This document shows positions 12,908-27,050 of a DNA stretch of 64,000 bases, piece by piece. The notes beneath the pieces are model-generated. The model did no database searches. It saw only the letters and a list, made by a program, of their open reading frames with translations, and was not told where the DNA came from. Numbering within the stretch: the first letter of the stretch is position 1; the number at the start of each line of letters is the position of its first letter. The stretch spans positions 9,114,001-9,178,000 of the forward strand of contig OZ059897.1 of the NCBI GenBank assembly GCA_964057225.1, in the 5' to 3' direction. Both the position numbers and the translations under genes were made by a program. This DNA comes from Auanema rhodensis (lineage: Eukaryota; Animalia; Nematoda).

Positions 12908-15580
12908 CGTGTTGGGTCTCAGAGTATTAGACTTCTTCTTATTTTGCTGATTGTCGCCAAATACGTGTAGAAATGAGTTAAAAGCTTTAGAAAAGACTTC
13001 TTTTTCCAAATAATTTTGGAGGACGTCTCACACGGCAATACGTAATCAACTTCAGAAGGATAATCTGATAGTTGACAAAGACGAGTAAGAGAAAAAAATG
13101 CCTAGAGAGAAAGATTTAAGCAATTTTTTAAATTAAAATAATCAAGAATTTCACATACGAATAATGATTAATAAGTATATTGGAATACAAATATATTTGA
13201 AAGAAAATACAAAATGAAACAAAGTAAAAAAAGGAAAAAGAATAAATCTTTTTATAGTTGAAAGGAGGAAATAAGTGTAAGTTACATATATATTATATGT
13301 CAACTCAAACGTTAATATTGAAACTCAACTCACAAATCAAAAATTTTTCAAGAATTTAGCAATCAGATTCTCGCATGAAAACACCAACTTTTAACCTAAT
13401 TTGCCAAGTTGCAAAATCGAAAAACTAACAAACTATGCTTAGCTCAACAGAAGCAGTATGAAGTAGACATTTTCAGTTTTTGAGCCGGAACGTCGCAGTT
13501 TGGTTTAGTTTTTCTTTTTTTTCTGATTTCCTTAGAACAATTTAACAGCAACTATGTTTCCTCGAAAACAGAATCAAGAATGAGAGAAAAAACTTTTTTC
13601 TTCAATTTTGAATAGGAAAAAAAATAATATTCTACTTATTCTAAACTATTTCTATTCTTAGTTTGGGGTTTCACTTTTTTCTTCTTCTCATTTTCAAAGA
13701 ATATTCTAGAAAAGCATTGTTTCTCAAAAGTTGCAACCTGACATGAACAAGTAGGTCAGGTGCAGCACGATGTGAAATATGAGCAGAGAATTCAATTATA
13801 GAATTGTAACACTAATATAGTTGATGTGGAATATGAATATAGTTTTCTTCTGCTAATTATTCACAAAAAAAATAAGTAAAATTTCGAGAAAAAGTAGAAA
13901 ATTCACAGTTTGAAGTAATGATTTCATCAAAATTAGAGTAATAATTATCAATTTGCTCTTGAAATTTGTATATACAAACTGAATTTTCTAGGAAATATCT
14001 AAATAGCAGAACAGAAATAAAGATAGAAGAAAGGACAACCAATGCTTAATTTGAGAGAAAAAGACAGAAAGATATGAAGAAAATGAAAGTATCAAAATCA
14101 TATATTTTATTATTATAGATGTTATAATATTATAATTAGTGAAATCAAAATATATAAAAATAAGTAAAACTGAATGAAATTTATATACAAAAGTTCAAAA
14201 GATTTTACGATTATTCTAAAGAATTTCATCCTTTTTAAGAAAATAAATACTTTTGTAACTATATAAAGCTTTAGACGATTAAATAGAATCAAATAGATAT
14301 TATATGTAAATACATAAATGAAAAACAAAAGTAAAAATGAAATATAAGAAGCAATATTGTAAAAAATGGTAAAAGAAGCAACCGTGCTTCTTCAAATAAA
14401 ATTTGAATATGAAGTGCAACTTGCACGTGAATTTCCTTCCGAAACAATGCGGAAGGCGGGAAAAATCAAATATGAACCTTTGAATAAAAATGTATTTTGT
14501 CATAAGAATAGTAAAAGAATTTAATTTGGAAACATTCCGAGGAATTGATGATAATGACGGAGAAACGTTCGAAATCTTTTCTCATATGTAAATCTATTAA
14601 CTCGTAAAGATATGTGAGAACATAATGTTCTTCAAAATTAGAGCGAAAGTTTATTTTAAAAAAAAACTTTTTCAATTTAATAAATGCTAATAATAACAAA
14701 AAAACTGAGAAAAATAACATGTTTACAATGAATGTATATTCTGATGGGTTCAGAATTGAAGAAATAGATTCAAATATGAGAAAAGATGGAAAATTTCGAA
14801 TTTAAGAGCAAAAACTAATGGTTAGATTTGTACAAGCTATCATCAAAAACATGGAATTAGTTGTATCGATCAGTCGTATATTTGGAAAAAAAGCACAAAA
14901 TTAGAACAGTTTCTTGGTGATGAAATGAATGCGAGAGAGATAAAAAAGCTTAAAAGATGAAAAATGGGGCGGAGGGAATCGGAAATTTTGAAGAAGGAAA
15001 AGCAGAAGAAAAGCTAAAAGCTGAATAAGGAGAGAGAATGGGGGATAAGGAAACGATGAGTGATGAGAAAAGAAAAACGAAATGAAACGTTCAAGAGGTA
15101 TATACTAAAGGATGTAATGACTTCATATAAACAAGTAATAATGCCATCTGATCGCTGACATACAACCATCAAGCTGCACTGCTTTCAATGGTCAGATACA
15201 CAAATCGCAATATGTTTTCAGAGATTAAGCAACAACATTGAAGAGGAGCAGGAAATTGAAGATCAGAATATGGGTACAAAGAAGTGGCAGAATGACCGGA
15301 TATTGAGACAATGACAACATCATTCTGGAAGAAATATTTGGGTTTATGGTGGACTGAGATGGATTACATACGATTGACCTTAAAGTTCGTTCAACTGCTG
15401 TGAAGAGGGATTGAAGAAATACTAAATCTTTCTTACAAATAGGAGGTTGCATCATCGAATTTCCATTTTTTCTAGATGTCATGATTGTCAACTTCAGAAA
15501 CATTTTACAGCTTCAGACATCTTTGGTTAAACCATAGAGATCAACATGTACACCAAGAGACAAAGTGAGAGAGGGAGAGA

Positions 15581-15628
<48 letters not shown>

Positions 15629-17542
15629 GAGACAGACAGAAAGAAAGTTATGCCAAAAATGGAAAAAGAGGGATGTGAACAAGCACAAATCTCAAAATCT
15701 ACTTGATTTTTTGCTTTTGGTCAATAGGAGATAATAAGAAAATGGAAGAAAAATTAGGAAATCTTTAAGAATATACAGTTATATGTATATTTGCTAATAA
15801 ATTGCACAATTAAATCAAAATATAAGAAGAAATGCAAAAATAGAAGGAGAAGGTGAAAAAGAAATTGAGAATTAAACATATATGTATATTCAAAACAAAT
15901 TAAATATTTTATATAAAAATGAGGAAGTTTTTAAGCATTTTTTTCGAAAAAAATAAATCAAAATGCATAAAATATAAATTAAATATGTAATCAAATTGTT
16001 TTGAATGTATGAAACAGATAAAGCACCTGTTGTTAATATTTATTTAAAAGAAAATTTGCAATAGAAGTTAATCAATGAAATCAGAAATGAAATTTATTAA
16101 ACAGAAAATAATATTATTCTCCTTTATATACTAACTATATGCTATATAGTTAGTGAAAAAAAAACATTTTTTGATCATAAAATGTCGTTTATATGTAGTC
16201 CATCAATCTATTAGACAAGTAGAGACAACTGATTGTACTTGAAATGAAGCAGAAACTTTTTTTTTCAAATTGGCAAAAGTCGAAGTATGCAGATTGCAAA
16301 TAGATGTTTCGTTTAAATTATATATTTTATAAGAAGATGATGTGCAGATTGCATACATTTGGTGAAAGATTATATTAGAGAATAAGCATAAGTTTCAAAT
16401 TGAATATGAGCAACTTCAAATGAAAAGGGTATCAGTTGCAAATATTCGTCTTCTTATTCGTGTTCTTCTTGTTCTTTTTTGATTCTTTTATATAACTTTT
16501 TGGTGTTAAAACAATTTCAATAAAGCTGAGAGAAAATTGCTCATAGGAAATTCATAATTCAGAACAATAAATTCAGAGCAAAAGTCTCAATTGAGATAGA
16601 AACAACAGATAAACCCTTCTGCCTGACTGATTTCAAGATGATTTCATATGTAGAAATAGTAGCCAAATTGAAAAAAAAATGAATCGAAAATGGATGTTAA
16701 AAGCTTATGCTGTTCCTTTTCTCTTTATATATACATAGGAAAAGCAATAGCAACGATAGCTGTCTGCTTCAAAGTGGAAATATTATATATGTGAATGAAA
16801 CGATTGGCTATGTGTGATTATCAAAGCAACTTCACATACAGAGTTCAATAAGTTGATCTCGTGTGAGGTTTCTTTCTGAATTAATTAGTTTGGAAATATC
16901 CTACAAGAAGATAAAGTAGACAATTTTCAAAAAAAAAAACTCTTGGTGGCTGAGGAAGATGATGAAGAAGAAGATGAGGACAATAGCAAAAAAACACAAA
17001 TGCTCGTTAGTTATCACTGAAAATAATATAAAACTGATGGAAGTAAATAGGAGATACGTAAAGTTCATTGACGAAAGAACTTGAGAAACATAAAAGTTGA
17101 AGAACATGATACACACGCAGATTTTCGTCTGTGTCCTTCGTTCGTTATTCAAAGCAGCATGAGGAGAACAATTGAAAATTTGTCATGTGGGATGGTCTAG
17201 TCCTACGAATCAGAGCAGTAAAGTGGGATGGATTAGGTAAAGCAGTATTCTGAATAATTCTTTTTATTTCATCTTTGCATCATCTTTGTGGCCCGTCATC
17301 ACAATGCTAGTCGTTGACGACGATGTGCTTGTTCTTGAGGGACCAAGATGATTTCAGTTTGGGAATGTCTCTTCAGACGTTTTACGATTAGGGTTTGTTT
17401 GTGATTAGTTGGATTGATTCGAGTATGAGCAAATGGACGATGATTCATTACAACGTTTTTTTTTCAAATTTGTGGCATTTTAGACGATGAAAGAGGTATT
17501 GGACCACCAAATATGAGAGACAAATTGTAAAAAAAGAAAGAA

Positions 17543-17543
<1 letters not shown>

Positions 17544-17608
<65 letters not shown>
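17544..17608. repeat. (GA)n microsatellite
   Basis: Visible run. Similar runs occur near 680, 1525, 15567, 51265 and 58821. Confidence 0.9.
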
Positions 17609-17611
<3 letters not shown>

Positions 17612-19214
17612 AGAGGAAGACGGAATACGATTCATTCTTTTTTGAAATAAAATTCATCTGATCAGACATAGGTGTTGACAAGGAAATATTAATGTGAAAT
17701 CATAAAATAGTATGTTACTGATGAAGTATATGAATACTAAAAGTACTTAAATTCGAAAAGAGGATAAGTATGAAAGTGAGCAACATGGTCCAATGAAATG
17801 AGCACGGACGACAAGCAAAAGATAGAAATGATGTAAGGAGGTGAAGATGCAGAGGAAAAGAAGCAATAGCCTCATTGAGAAATATATCAAAGAAAATTTA
17901 AAAAAGGAAGAAAAAGATGGACGTCGCTCTTGAGTATAGCAACGTGTTGCTGGAAAATGGACGAAGTAATCCTCTTTAGAGTGAGAAAGGACTAGGCTGA
18001 AACAGGGAGACATGATGAGACGATGCTGGAAGGCGGACCTCAGCTGCTCGAATCGTGTTAGTTAGATGTTTCACGGATGTGACGAGCATTGTCGTTATGT
18101 GGCTGAGCAATGAAAGTACATCTGGATTCTGTTCTTTATTTAAGAAAGTAAGGGATAATCAACAGCATTATGGTGCAAAAGTAACTGTGACAAGAAATCT
18201 GAATTGATGAAACAAGGAGAGAAGGGAAAGTAGTAGGTAATGACAAAGAGGAGGGCTTAGATGAAAATAGCCCAAGAGTTCATGAAAGGAAGAGAAACAT
18301 GCAGCAGCATTGGAACAGTGAATCTGTGTAGTTCGATGATTAGTTAAGCATAAGAAACATCATAAGTGCATTCTGAATTTAATAATTTTACACAAAAAAA
18401 ATAAATTTAGAAAGCAAAAAACACTAATTGTATGTCAATCAGATAGCTGCTGTCCTTAGTTCGACATCGATGAATAAACAAAAACAAAAGAAAGCTTGCT
18501 GAATTATGAGGAAGTTAAAGCATGAGTATTAAGCTCTATGAACTTATGCTTAAAAGCAAAAGAAAAAATTGGCCAAAGCCGTGTGCTATGCAACAGGAAA
18601 TGAATCTTAGACGACGATTCATTCATTTGGTTACAGACGCATTGCCTCAAGCTAAAATATATTTGAGAAGACATATTTATTAGAATTCCAAATATATATA
18701 TATATACATAGTATATACATCATATTATGAAGTTGAATTAAAGAAATAATTGCAGAAAAGGACTGATGACCTCAATCATTAATGATTATAAGATCATTCA
18801 TAATAAGTGACATGATGCTGATGATGATGATGATGATGATGAAAAGCATTTAGATATGAATACACGCAAAAAATAAAATGTTTTATCATCTATTACTTAT
18901 TATATTTAAATATAATTATTATAATTATATATTTTAATTCAATAATAAGAAAGAAAAAAGAAAGAACTGGGCGCCTGAAGTCATAAAGTTCAGGCGTCAA
19001 AATGTTCATTTCCCAGCTAGGACGACCACGTGTAGCACACGTGAAATTTGATATTTTTGGAAAAAAAAGGAAAAGTACGTTGAAGAAAGGAAATGCACGT
19101 GATGATTCATGATCATCCATGAATTCATGAATGGCTGGAAGAGCTCATACATCCGTATGCGGAGATTCGACTCCTCTGACCTTTCTCCAGTTACTATATC
19201 TATCTTTATTTCTT

Positions 19215-19335
19215 TCTTACTCCCTCTCTCTTCATAACTCTCTTACTCTCTCTCTCTCTCTCTCTTCATAACTCTCTCTTACTATCTCTCTTCATAACTC
19301 TCTCTTACTCTCTCTCTCTCTTTCTCTCTCTCTTT
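19215..19335. repeat. CT-rich minisatellite, about 3 copies of TTACTC(TC)nTTCATAACTCTC
   Basis: The ttcataactctc and ttactc units recur between CT tracts. Confidence 0.7.
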
Positions 19336-20683
19336 ATTAAACTACTCTGTACTTCCTTCTTTCGTACATTCTATTCTCTATGTCATCATTCATATCTCAA
19401 CTCCACTCATATTTCCTCGTTTTCTACTTTTTTTCTTATTCAGATCAACTTTCAAGCTCCTTTTGAAGAAGCTTCCAAGCTGATTCTAGATCATTTTCAA
19501 GAATTTCGAATTCAAACTTGAAATTTAAGGATCCCGATTTAAGTTTAAAATCAAATCGATTCGTCATTATTCATGTTTTCTTCCGGGATAATACCAATGT
19601 AAGAATATAATTTTTAAAACAAAATATTATTTCTAAGTGTGAAAATTAGTTTACCAAAGTAATTTATATAAATAAAGTAAAAAGTCTAAAACTGGAAAAA
19701 AGGAGGAAAGAAGCATTGGATGTTTGAGTTAAACTAAACATTTGACCAGCTTTTCAAATAAAAAAAAAAGAAAGAAAGATGGGTATGTATTACATGAAAA
19801 GCTAAAAAAATTTTTTTTAAATTTAAAACAGAAGACAAACTGTCAATATATCCAGAAAGATCATTTTTTACTATTTTTTAGTCCTTTTATGAATGAAATA
19901 AATCAATTTATGAGAAGATGATGAAAATTTGAGTATTATTTCAAAACTGAATGATTTAAGCCAAAATTAAAAAAATTACTTTTCAGATTAAAGCAATGTC
20001 TGGTAAATTAAGTAGAATGCTATTAGAAATATTTGAAGTAAACAACAACTTTTAGTGATATTGCTCAAAGAAATTTATGTTCAAAAGACTGAAAATCATC
20101 AACAATGACCAGAGAAAATTCAAAAAAAAACTGAACAAAACACATAAAAATGAACTAAAAAACCTCTAAGCTTACCAATGTTAATCAAATAGTTATGTTA
20201 TGCTTTATATAAGATTGTGCTTCAAACATTTTTGTTGTCTGGCTAGATGCCAATAACTCAAAGTAAGTAAACTGTATCTTTATATTTTGTTAAATTACTA
20301 TAAAATTTTGAATTTTTTTCGAAAAAATCAATGCAATCACCTAATATTTACTCTCTCAAATGGACAATAGGTTATAACTAAGAAATAGGATTGAATTATT
20401 ATTTCTTATTTTTCTAAATTTTTTAACCAAATATATCAATATTATATGATATAGTTAAGTTAATTCTTATTTAAATTTAAGCTATATCTCATGTTAATAT
20501 TGATATTTTTATAGTTTTACGTCTTTAACAAACACCATAATTCTTCTTTTGGAATAATTTTTTTTTCAAATAAATCATAACCAATGAAATCACCAACTAC
20601 TTCTTATTCTATTTTTCCTTACTACTGTCACTATATATTCTTCCCTTTTTTTTCCACAAAAATAAAAGAAAAATGAAACATAC

Positions 20684-20776
20684 CATTCTGGCAGTGGTGT
20701 AGCTGTACTAGCCCACGGACGAGTTTTCCACTGCTTACGACGTGACGTCAACCCATTCATTGGCCGCCCATCAGAC
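20684..20776 (-). CDS. pde-4: pde-4 distal-isoform internal exon (SDGRPMNGLTSRRKQWKTRPWASTATPLPE)
   Basis: 93-nt GC-richer block between acceptor TGTTTAG| and donor TG|GTATGT. Phase 2-2, joining in frame to the 35960 donor and the 11278 acceptor. Confidence 0.72.
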
Positions 20777-23433
20777 CTAAACATTTCAAATAATATTTTA
20801 GGATAAAATAAAAAAAACATTAAATAATTAGTTAAAATATCACAATTATTCTAACTATATATACATATATATTTTTTTATATAAATAATAGATATACTAG
20901 TTAGAGAATACTTGGATTGTGTGATTAATGTGGTTTAAAATATGAAATGAGACTGCATTTGATGATACAAACTACAAAAACATTCTCAAAATGCTTATTG
21001 TTCTCACGAAAAAAGCAAAAAAAAAAGAAGAAGCAGCATTTTTCCAATAACTATATGATATAAATAAATAAAAATAACGATGAGTTTGTTCATTTTTTGA
21101 ACCAAATTTTAATGTTTTCAATATGGTTTATGAATACTTAGACACATGAGTTGACAAATCAATTTACATGTCATGTAACGTATTCCAAAACGTTTGGCAC
21201 AAAGCAGAAATAAGAAAACTTTCAGCTTTTTTCCGTATTTGATATACGAAGTTTCTGCTTTTCAACATTTAATTATTTAAATATTTTCATTTAAAATTTA
21301 TTTATTCCAAATAAAAAAAAAAGAAGAAAAGATTACGAAAACGGAAGAAAATTTTTTTTGAGGAAAAAAAAGAAAAATGTAAAATATCGTTTAGTCGGAA
21401 TACTATGTATAGAAATAAAAGTATATCAATATCAAATTTAAAGAAAATTGTATAGATTAATTTTCTTATTAGCTTATTATAAATTTTTTCAAAAAAAAAA
21501 GAGTGAAAAAATCATTAAAATGAAGTAAAAAACAAGAAGAAACCGGAAAATTAATGATAAGCCAAGGTGATGTGACGATAAATAACTGGAAAAAATATAT
21601 TTTTTGTGCCATTTAGTTTAAAAATTTGTTTGGGAAAAGCTTAAAATTTGTTGAAAAAAAAGTAAACAGAATATCTAATTCAATACATTTAAGGTTAAGT
21701 ATGAAGATGAAGAATTATTTTTCAAATATCATGAATTTTCTATTTTTCTAAAATTTAATTTCACTGATTCCTTTTTTGATATTATAGTATTCGTTGTGAG
21801 ACGGAAAAAAAAAGATTTAAAGATTCAAGCGAGACTATTTACGGATGACATCAAAACAAAGGAAGGATCGAAAAGGATGAGTTTTAAAAAGCAAGGAAAA
21901 ACATGAAAACAAAAGAAAAAACCCTCAGGTTTAGTTTGGCTAAAAATCATTAGCTGAATACTGAATGGTAGATGTTTCAAGTTTTGTTGGAAATGAAAAG
22001 GAGACGTAGCTTGCTGCATCTTTGCAAGCTGGAAGAAGAAGAACATAGGCAACCAAACTCTTAGAAGTATTCTCCTTTTCAGAAATAGTAAGTATTAAGT
22101 TTCAAACAGAGCATTTGAAATGTTCCTTCTAAGTGTTAATTCGAAAGCATGAGTGTCATATGGATGGAGATAGATATGGAAAAGAAACATGAGAGCTATA
22201 GATTCGCATTGCTTCAGGGAAATTCGTAGAATTGCACTTAATCTTACAGAATATGATTTGATAGAACACAATTTATAAAAAGAATACAAAACTACTTGTA
22301 GATAACTATAAGATTTTAGAATAAATGAGCATTTTGTGGAATAAAATATACGAAAAAGCAATGAAAAATACAACCCTTCAATGTAAGCTCTTTTAACTAA
22401 AATGACCTTTTTTTGCTACAAATCGTGTGTCACGTGTAAATTCTTGCGTGAAAATTAGCAAAATATCCGTGAAAAATCAATTAAACCACCTAGGTTTCCT
22501 TAGTTAGAGTTTCAAAAGCTTAGTTAAAGCAAGTTATATATATATATATATATGTATATATATCGTTGAGAAACCAATGTAAGAAATAAGAAAACAGATT
22601 CTAAGTTTATCATGAATGTTTCCTAGAGATTTGATTAATATGTTCGTAGTTAGAGAACATCAACGAAGCCGAAACGAGAAGGATGTTCTTCAATAAACAT
22701 AAATACTGAATAGTTTAGAAAGACAAAGTGCAAGAAAACTTTTTTTTGTGTTGAATATTAATGAAATCAAATGAAAAATATTATAATTATATATGTAAAA
22801 TAAATATTTAATAATATTATTATTCCATAAAAGAATATCAGTTGTACAAGTTTTGACAAGAAAAAAAACAAAACTAGCTGCTTCACAAGCTTGCACATTG
22901 CATCATTCGAATGCTAAGATAAAATAAACTTATTTTTTTCCCTTCATTCTGCCAGCAGAAAAAAAAAATGAAAGAAGAGAAATAAAGAGGGAGAGATCGA
23001 GAGTGAGAGAGAGAAAGAGAGAAATATGTGTGAGTGTGAGTGTGTGTGTGTGTATATATACAGGGAAGGAGGAGTAAAGAAAGACAGACAGGTAGAGAAA
23101 TAATTGAACGCTGCAGCAATATTGCGGATTAGATATGGGATTATCTTGATTTTGACCATATTTATCAGATAAAATACAAAATTTTTACTTAAAATCATCG
23201 ACATTTATAGTGTGTATGTATGTGCTCGTATAGAATTTTATGGTCTCTCTCTTACTAGATAGCTATAGAACAATTATGGAAATTGGTTGGAAAGTAATTT
23301 AAAAAGTAGAAAAGACATCAAAACGATCAGAAAGTAAATGTCAGAATTGTCCACATGAAAATAAAGAAAAATAAAACAAAATGTATGAAAAGTAAAATGA
23401 TAGTTCAAATAACATTGAATGTCATCGATTCAA

Positions 23434-23464
<31 letters not shown>

Positions 23465-26400
23465 GATATACGTATAATACATATAGTATTAATGATAATA
23501 TTATAATAATATAATTCAAATTAATATATTTCAATAAATAATTTTTATAATAAAATTATATAAAAAATTATTTATTTATGTATAAATAGATAGTATATAC
23601 TATATACTATATATGTACATTCATTTAGATATTTATGTTTTTGGCTTCAAGTAATTCAGTTGATTTAAACCATTAGCTGATTCATTACTTAATTCTGAGT
23701 ATGTTTCAGATTTTAAAGAAGAAGAAAAAAAGATTAGAATGGTGATGAAGAAATAGGTTTAGCATTCAATTGTATTTCAACAATTAGTTTAGAGGATGAA
23801 AAATTAGCTGATGATTATCTAAAATTATAGTTTTGAATTTGAAATTCAATCAATTTTTTGAAAAAGTTTTTATAGACATATAAAGTACAAAAATTTCATT
23901 TTTAGTTAATAATGAAAATTTAAAAACTTCAAAAGCAATAGTTTGAAATTTGAATGAAGAGCTGTTATTCATTCTGAAAAATGTTCATCTACATATACAT
24001 CCTGTATATCTGGCTTTCAATAATGAAAATCAAAAAAGAAACATCATGTGGAGACATATACGATGATGATGATGGCGGTAGTGGTGGTGATGATGATGTT
24101 GAACAAGGACATGTGCTATTGCTTGTAAGTAAGATGATAAGAAGCCAAGAGTGATAATCTGATGAAGGAATCAGCTTTACATATGATATTTCTATTTTAT
24201 CTTCAATAGGAACACGTGCTTTATAGATGTTACGAATAAACAAATAATTTAAATTTGAACAAGAAATCTATTAGAAAGAGACAAAAATGGAATTTATTAT
24301 AAATATTTTATAAGATTATTTTTAAAATTTTAATTTAATTAATTAGTTCAAATATAATTTTTAAAAAATATGAAATAAATTAATATAATGATATTTGAAA
24401 TTGAATTGTTTCTCCCAAAAAATGTTGAGGATGATTAGAAATAAATGTGCATACATTGTAGTAGTCAAGGCCCATTCTATTGTTTATTTTTAATTTTTTT
24501 ATGTAATTTATAACTTATTTATATAATATTATTTATAAACTATATATTCTATATATACTTAGAGATGTATATGTATCTCTTTAGAGTTTGTATATGAATA
24601 GATAACACATACATATAGTATATTCTAGACAAGCCATGATGCCATGTTTCATAATGTAACTAGAACAACATTGTCATTTTTGATTTCTTTATAATTTGTT
24701 TGTTATAAATAAAATTTTAAAGTTTTTTCATGCAAACTTGTCGTCTTAGGCTTGTGAACAAAGCTGAAAGACTCCAAAAATTGTTTTTTTTTCTTTTGCA
24801 AAACAATATTCGTATTTTATGCTGTAGCACTATAAACTTGATGCTTGTGTAAGCTTGGGGGTCTTGAATAAAGCTAGCCAGTGCAGCTTAGATGCTTTCG
24901 ATTGTCCAAGCTGTACCTATGCATGTCTCTTTTCCTTTCCAGTTCCCTGTTTCATATGTTTTGTTGCTCTCTATTATTCCTCAATCTCTCGTTTTCCATT
25001 GTCTAACCCCTCGTTTTCTCTTGCTCTGTCCATATCTCTAGATACCTTTCTCTCACTTTTGGATTTTCCATATGCTAATTTCTCAATGCTCCATTATAAA
25101 CAACAAGTTGAGCTTGATGTTCAGGCTAAATCATCACCAAAAAATGAACATAATAGATATGAAAGCGCTATATTTGGCAATATACTAATAGGAAAGGTAT
25201 TCTTAGAAATTCTTAAAGATATTCAATATTCAGATGCTTTTGGGCCTTTTTCGGCAAGCTACTTCAACATGTATAAACTGTGATGAGTTTATTATCAACA
25301 TATGAAACTGTTAACCAGGACGAAACCTCCCTGCACCTTATACATTTCCTAAACCCCCTCCCCCTTCCCTATATAACCAGAAGGTAGTATGAACTTCTAG
25401 ACAGATATTGACCCTGGGTATTGGCGACTTGTTGAGGATGAAAAGAAAGAGCAAAGCTCGAAAGTTGAACATTTCTCAAACTTGCAGTAAATACACAAAA
25501 AAGGCTTTCATGACCAACAAACTACTTTACTAAGTAAGAAAGTTTCAACAAAGAAATCAAAGAAAAAGTGAAAATACAACTGTTTACTATTCTTTAAATA
25601 ATAAAAAAGTAGAAAAACTAATTAAGCAAATTACGTGTACATGTTGACCTCATGTGAATGTTACGTCAAATTGTTTTGCGATTTTAATTAGAAATTTTGA
25701 GAGAATCATGATATTTTTCAATATATTTGCACTTTTTGAATATTTTCTTTTCTTCTGACATACACTACTTTAAATAAATTTTTGTTCTTCTGTTTCATTT
25801 AGCACTTTGCTGTGAAAAGTGAAAAATCCATAATTTCACCGATATAGACAGATACATATTCATACATATGTATTCAGATGTATAGATATGTATGTATACA
25901 AAGTGTAAATTGTCGTCAATATCATCACCATATACGGCAAAATGGCTTTTGAGATGCTCAGATGACGATGACAACGAAGAGCATGATGATATTCCGGGCA
26001 TTCGAAAGTATCTCGTTTTAAGGCGTTTTAAGACTAAAAAATGAATTCAATTCAATCGCTGAACTTTCAGCTATGAAAACTATTTGTCAAGTTTAAGTAT
26101 GCTTCCTATTAACTTGAAAAGCCTTGGAATATATCGTTATAAATTTCTTATGCATTAGTTAAAGAATATAGTTTGAAAATCCAACAAAAAATTATTTCAG
26201 CATGTTCTTTAAACTTTTTTTTTAAATAAAACAATGGATCATACACTTGTCTCTAAGCCTCTCTAACCGATCACGGGGATGGTGGGGGGGGGGAGGGAAT
26301 TGTAGAGGATGGGTGGTGGTTGGTGGTAGTGGTGGTGGAATGTGGAAAAGACAAAAACTGCTAGATAGAAGTTCATATAGAGAGAATATAAAGAAAGTGA

Positions 26401-26891
26401 AACAGATAGAAAAATGGAATGGAAGAGCACATGTCCGAATCTTTGGGTTACATCTCTCTCTATCTTCTTCTTCTTCAAATTTTTCAACTTCATCATCAAC
26501 TTTTGTCTTCTGTGTTCCGAACCAAAAACTTGGAAGCAATCAATTAAATGTCGACTGACAGCAAAATATTTGTTTCGTTTGTCTAATTGAACAAAAATAT
26601 ATGAAAGTAATTGAATAAAAATTGAAAATGAATGCTACATTCACAAATTGATTGGCATTACTCTTCTTTTTTTTGGTGTTCTGTGTATTGTGTGTGATGG
26701 CGGTATTGGAATTGTAAGACATATATGAAAATTGGGATGAGTTCTATGGAAATAATTGTCTGACAACTTGAATTACTAATGAACACCAACGCAAATTTGA
26801 ATGAGAGCAATCTCAAATAATCTGATGAACTACATTGGTTCTACAAGAGAAATGCATGATGAATATTCCAAGGTATTCTTCTTACAAGTTT

Positions 26892-26953
26892 AGAGAGAGA
26901 GAGATAGATCGGGGGGGGGGGGGAGAAAGAGGGAATAAGATGGAGAAAGAGGG

Positions 26954-27012
<59 letters not shown>

Positions 27013-27050
27013 AAGAAAGAAAGAAAGAAAGAGAGAGGGAAAGAAAGAGA
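26892..27050. repeat. Compound (GA)n/(GAAA)n/poly-G tract
   Basis: Visible. Confidence 0.85.

Noticed and set aside
20743-20750. Perfect CRE palindrome TGACGTCA
   Set aside because: Lies inside a coding exon (L-T-S codons), and a single 8-mer is expected by chance in 64 kb.
24855-25283. 142-aa plus-strand ORF
   Set aside because: Non-ATG start, intron-like composition and no motif.
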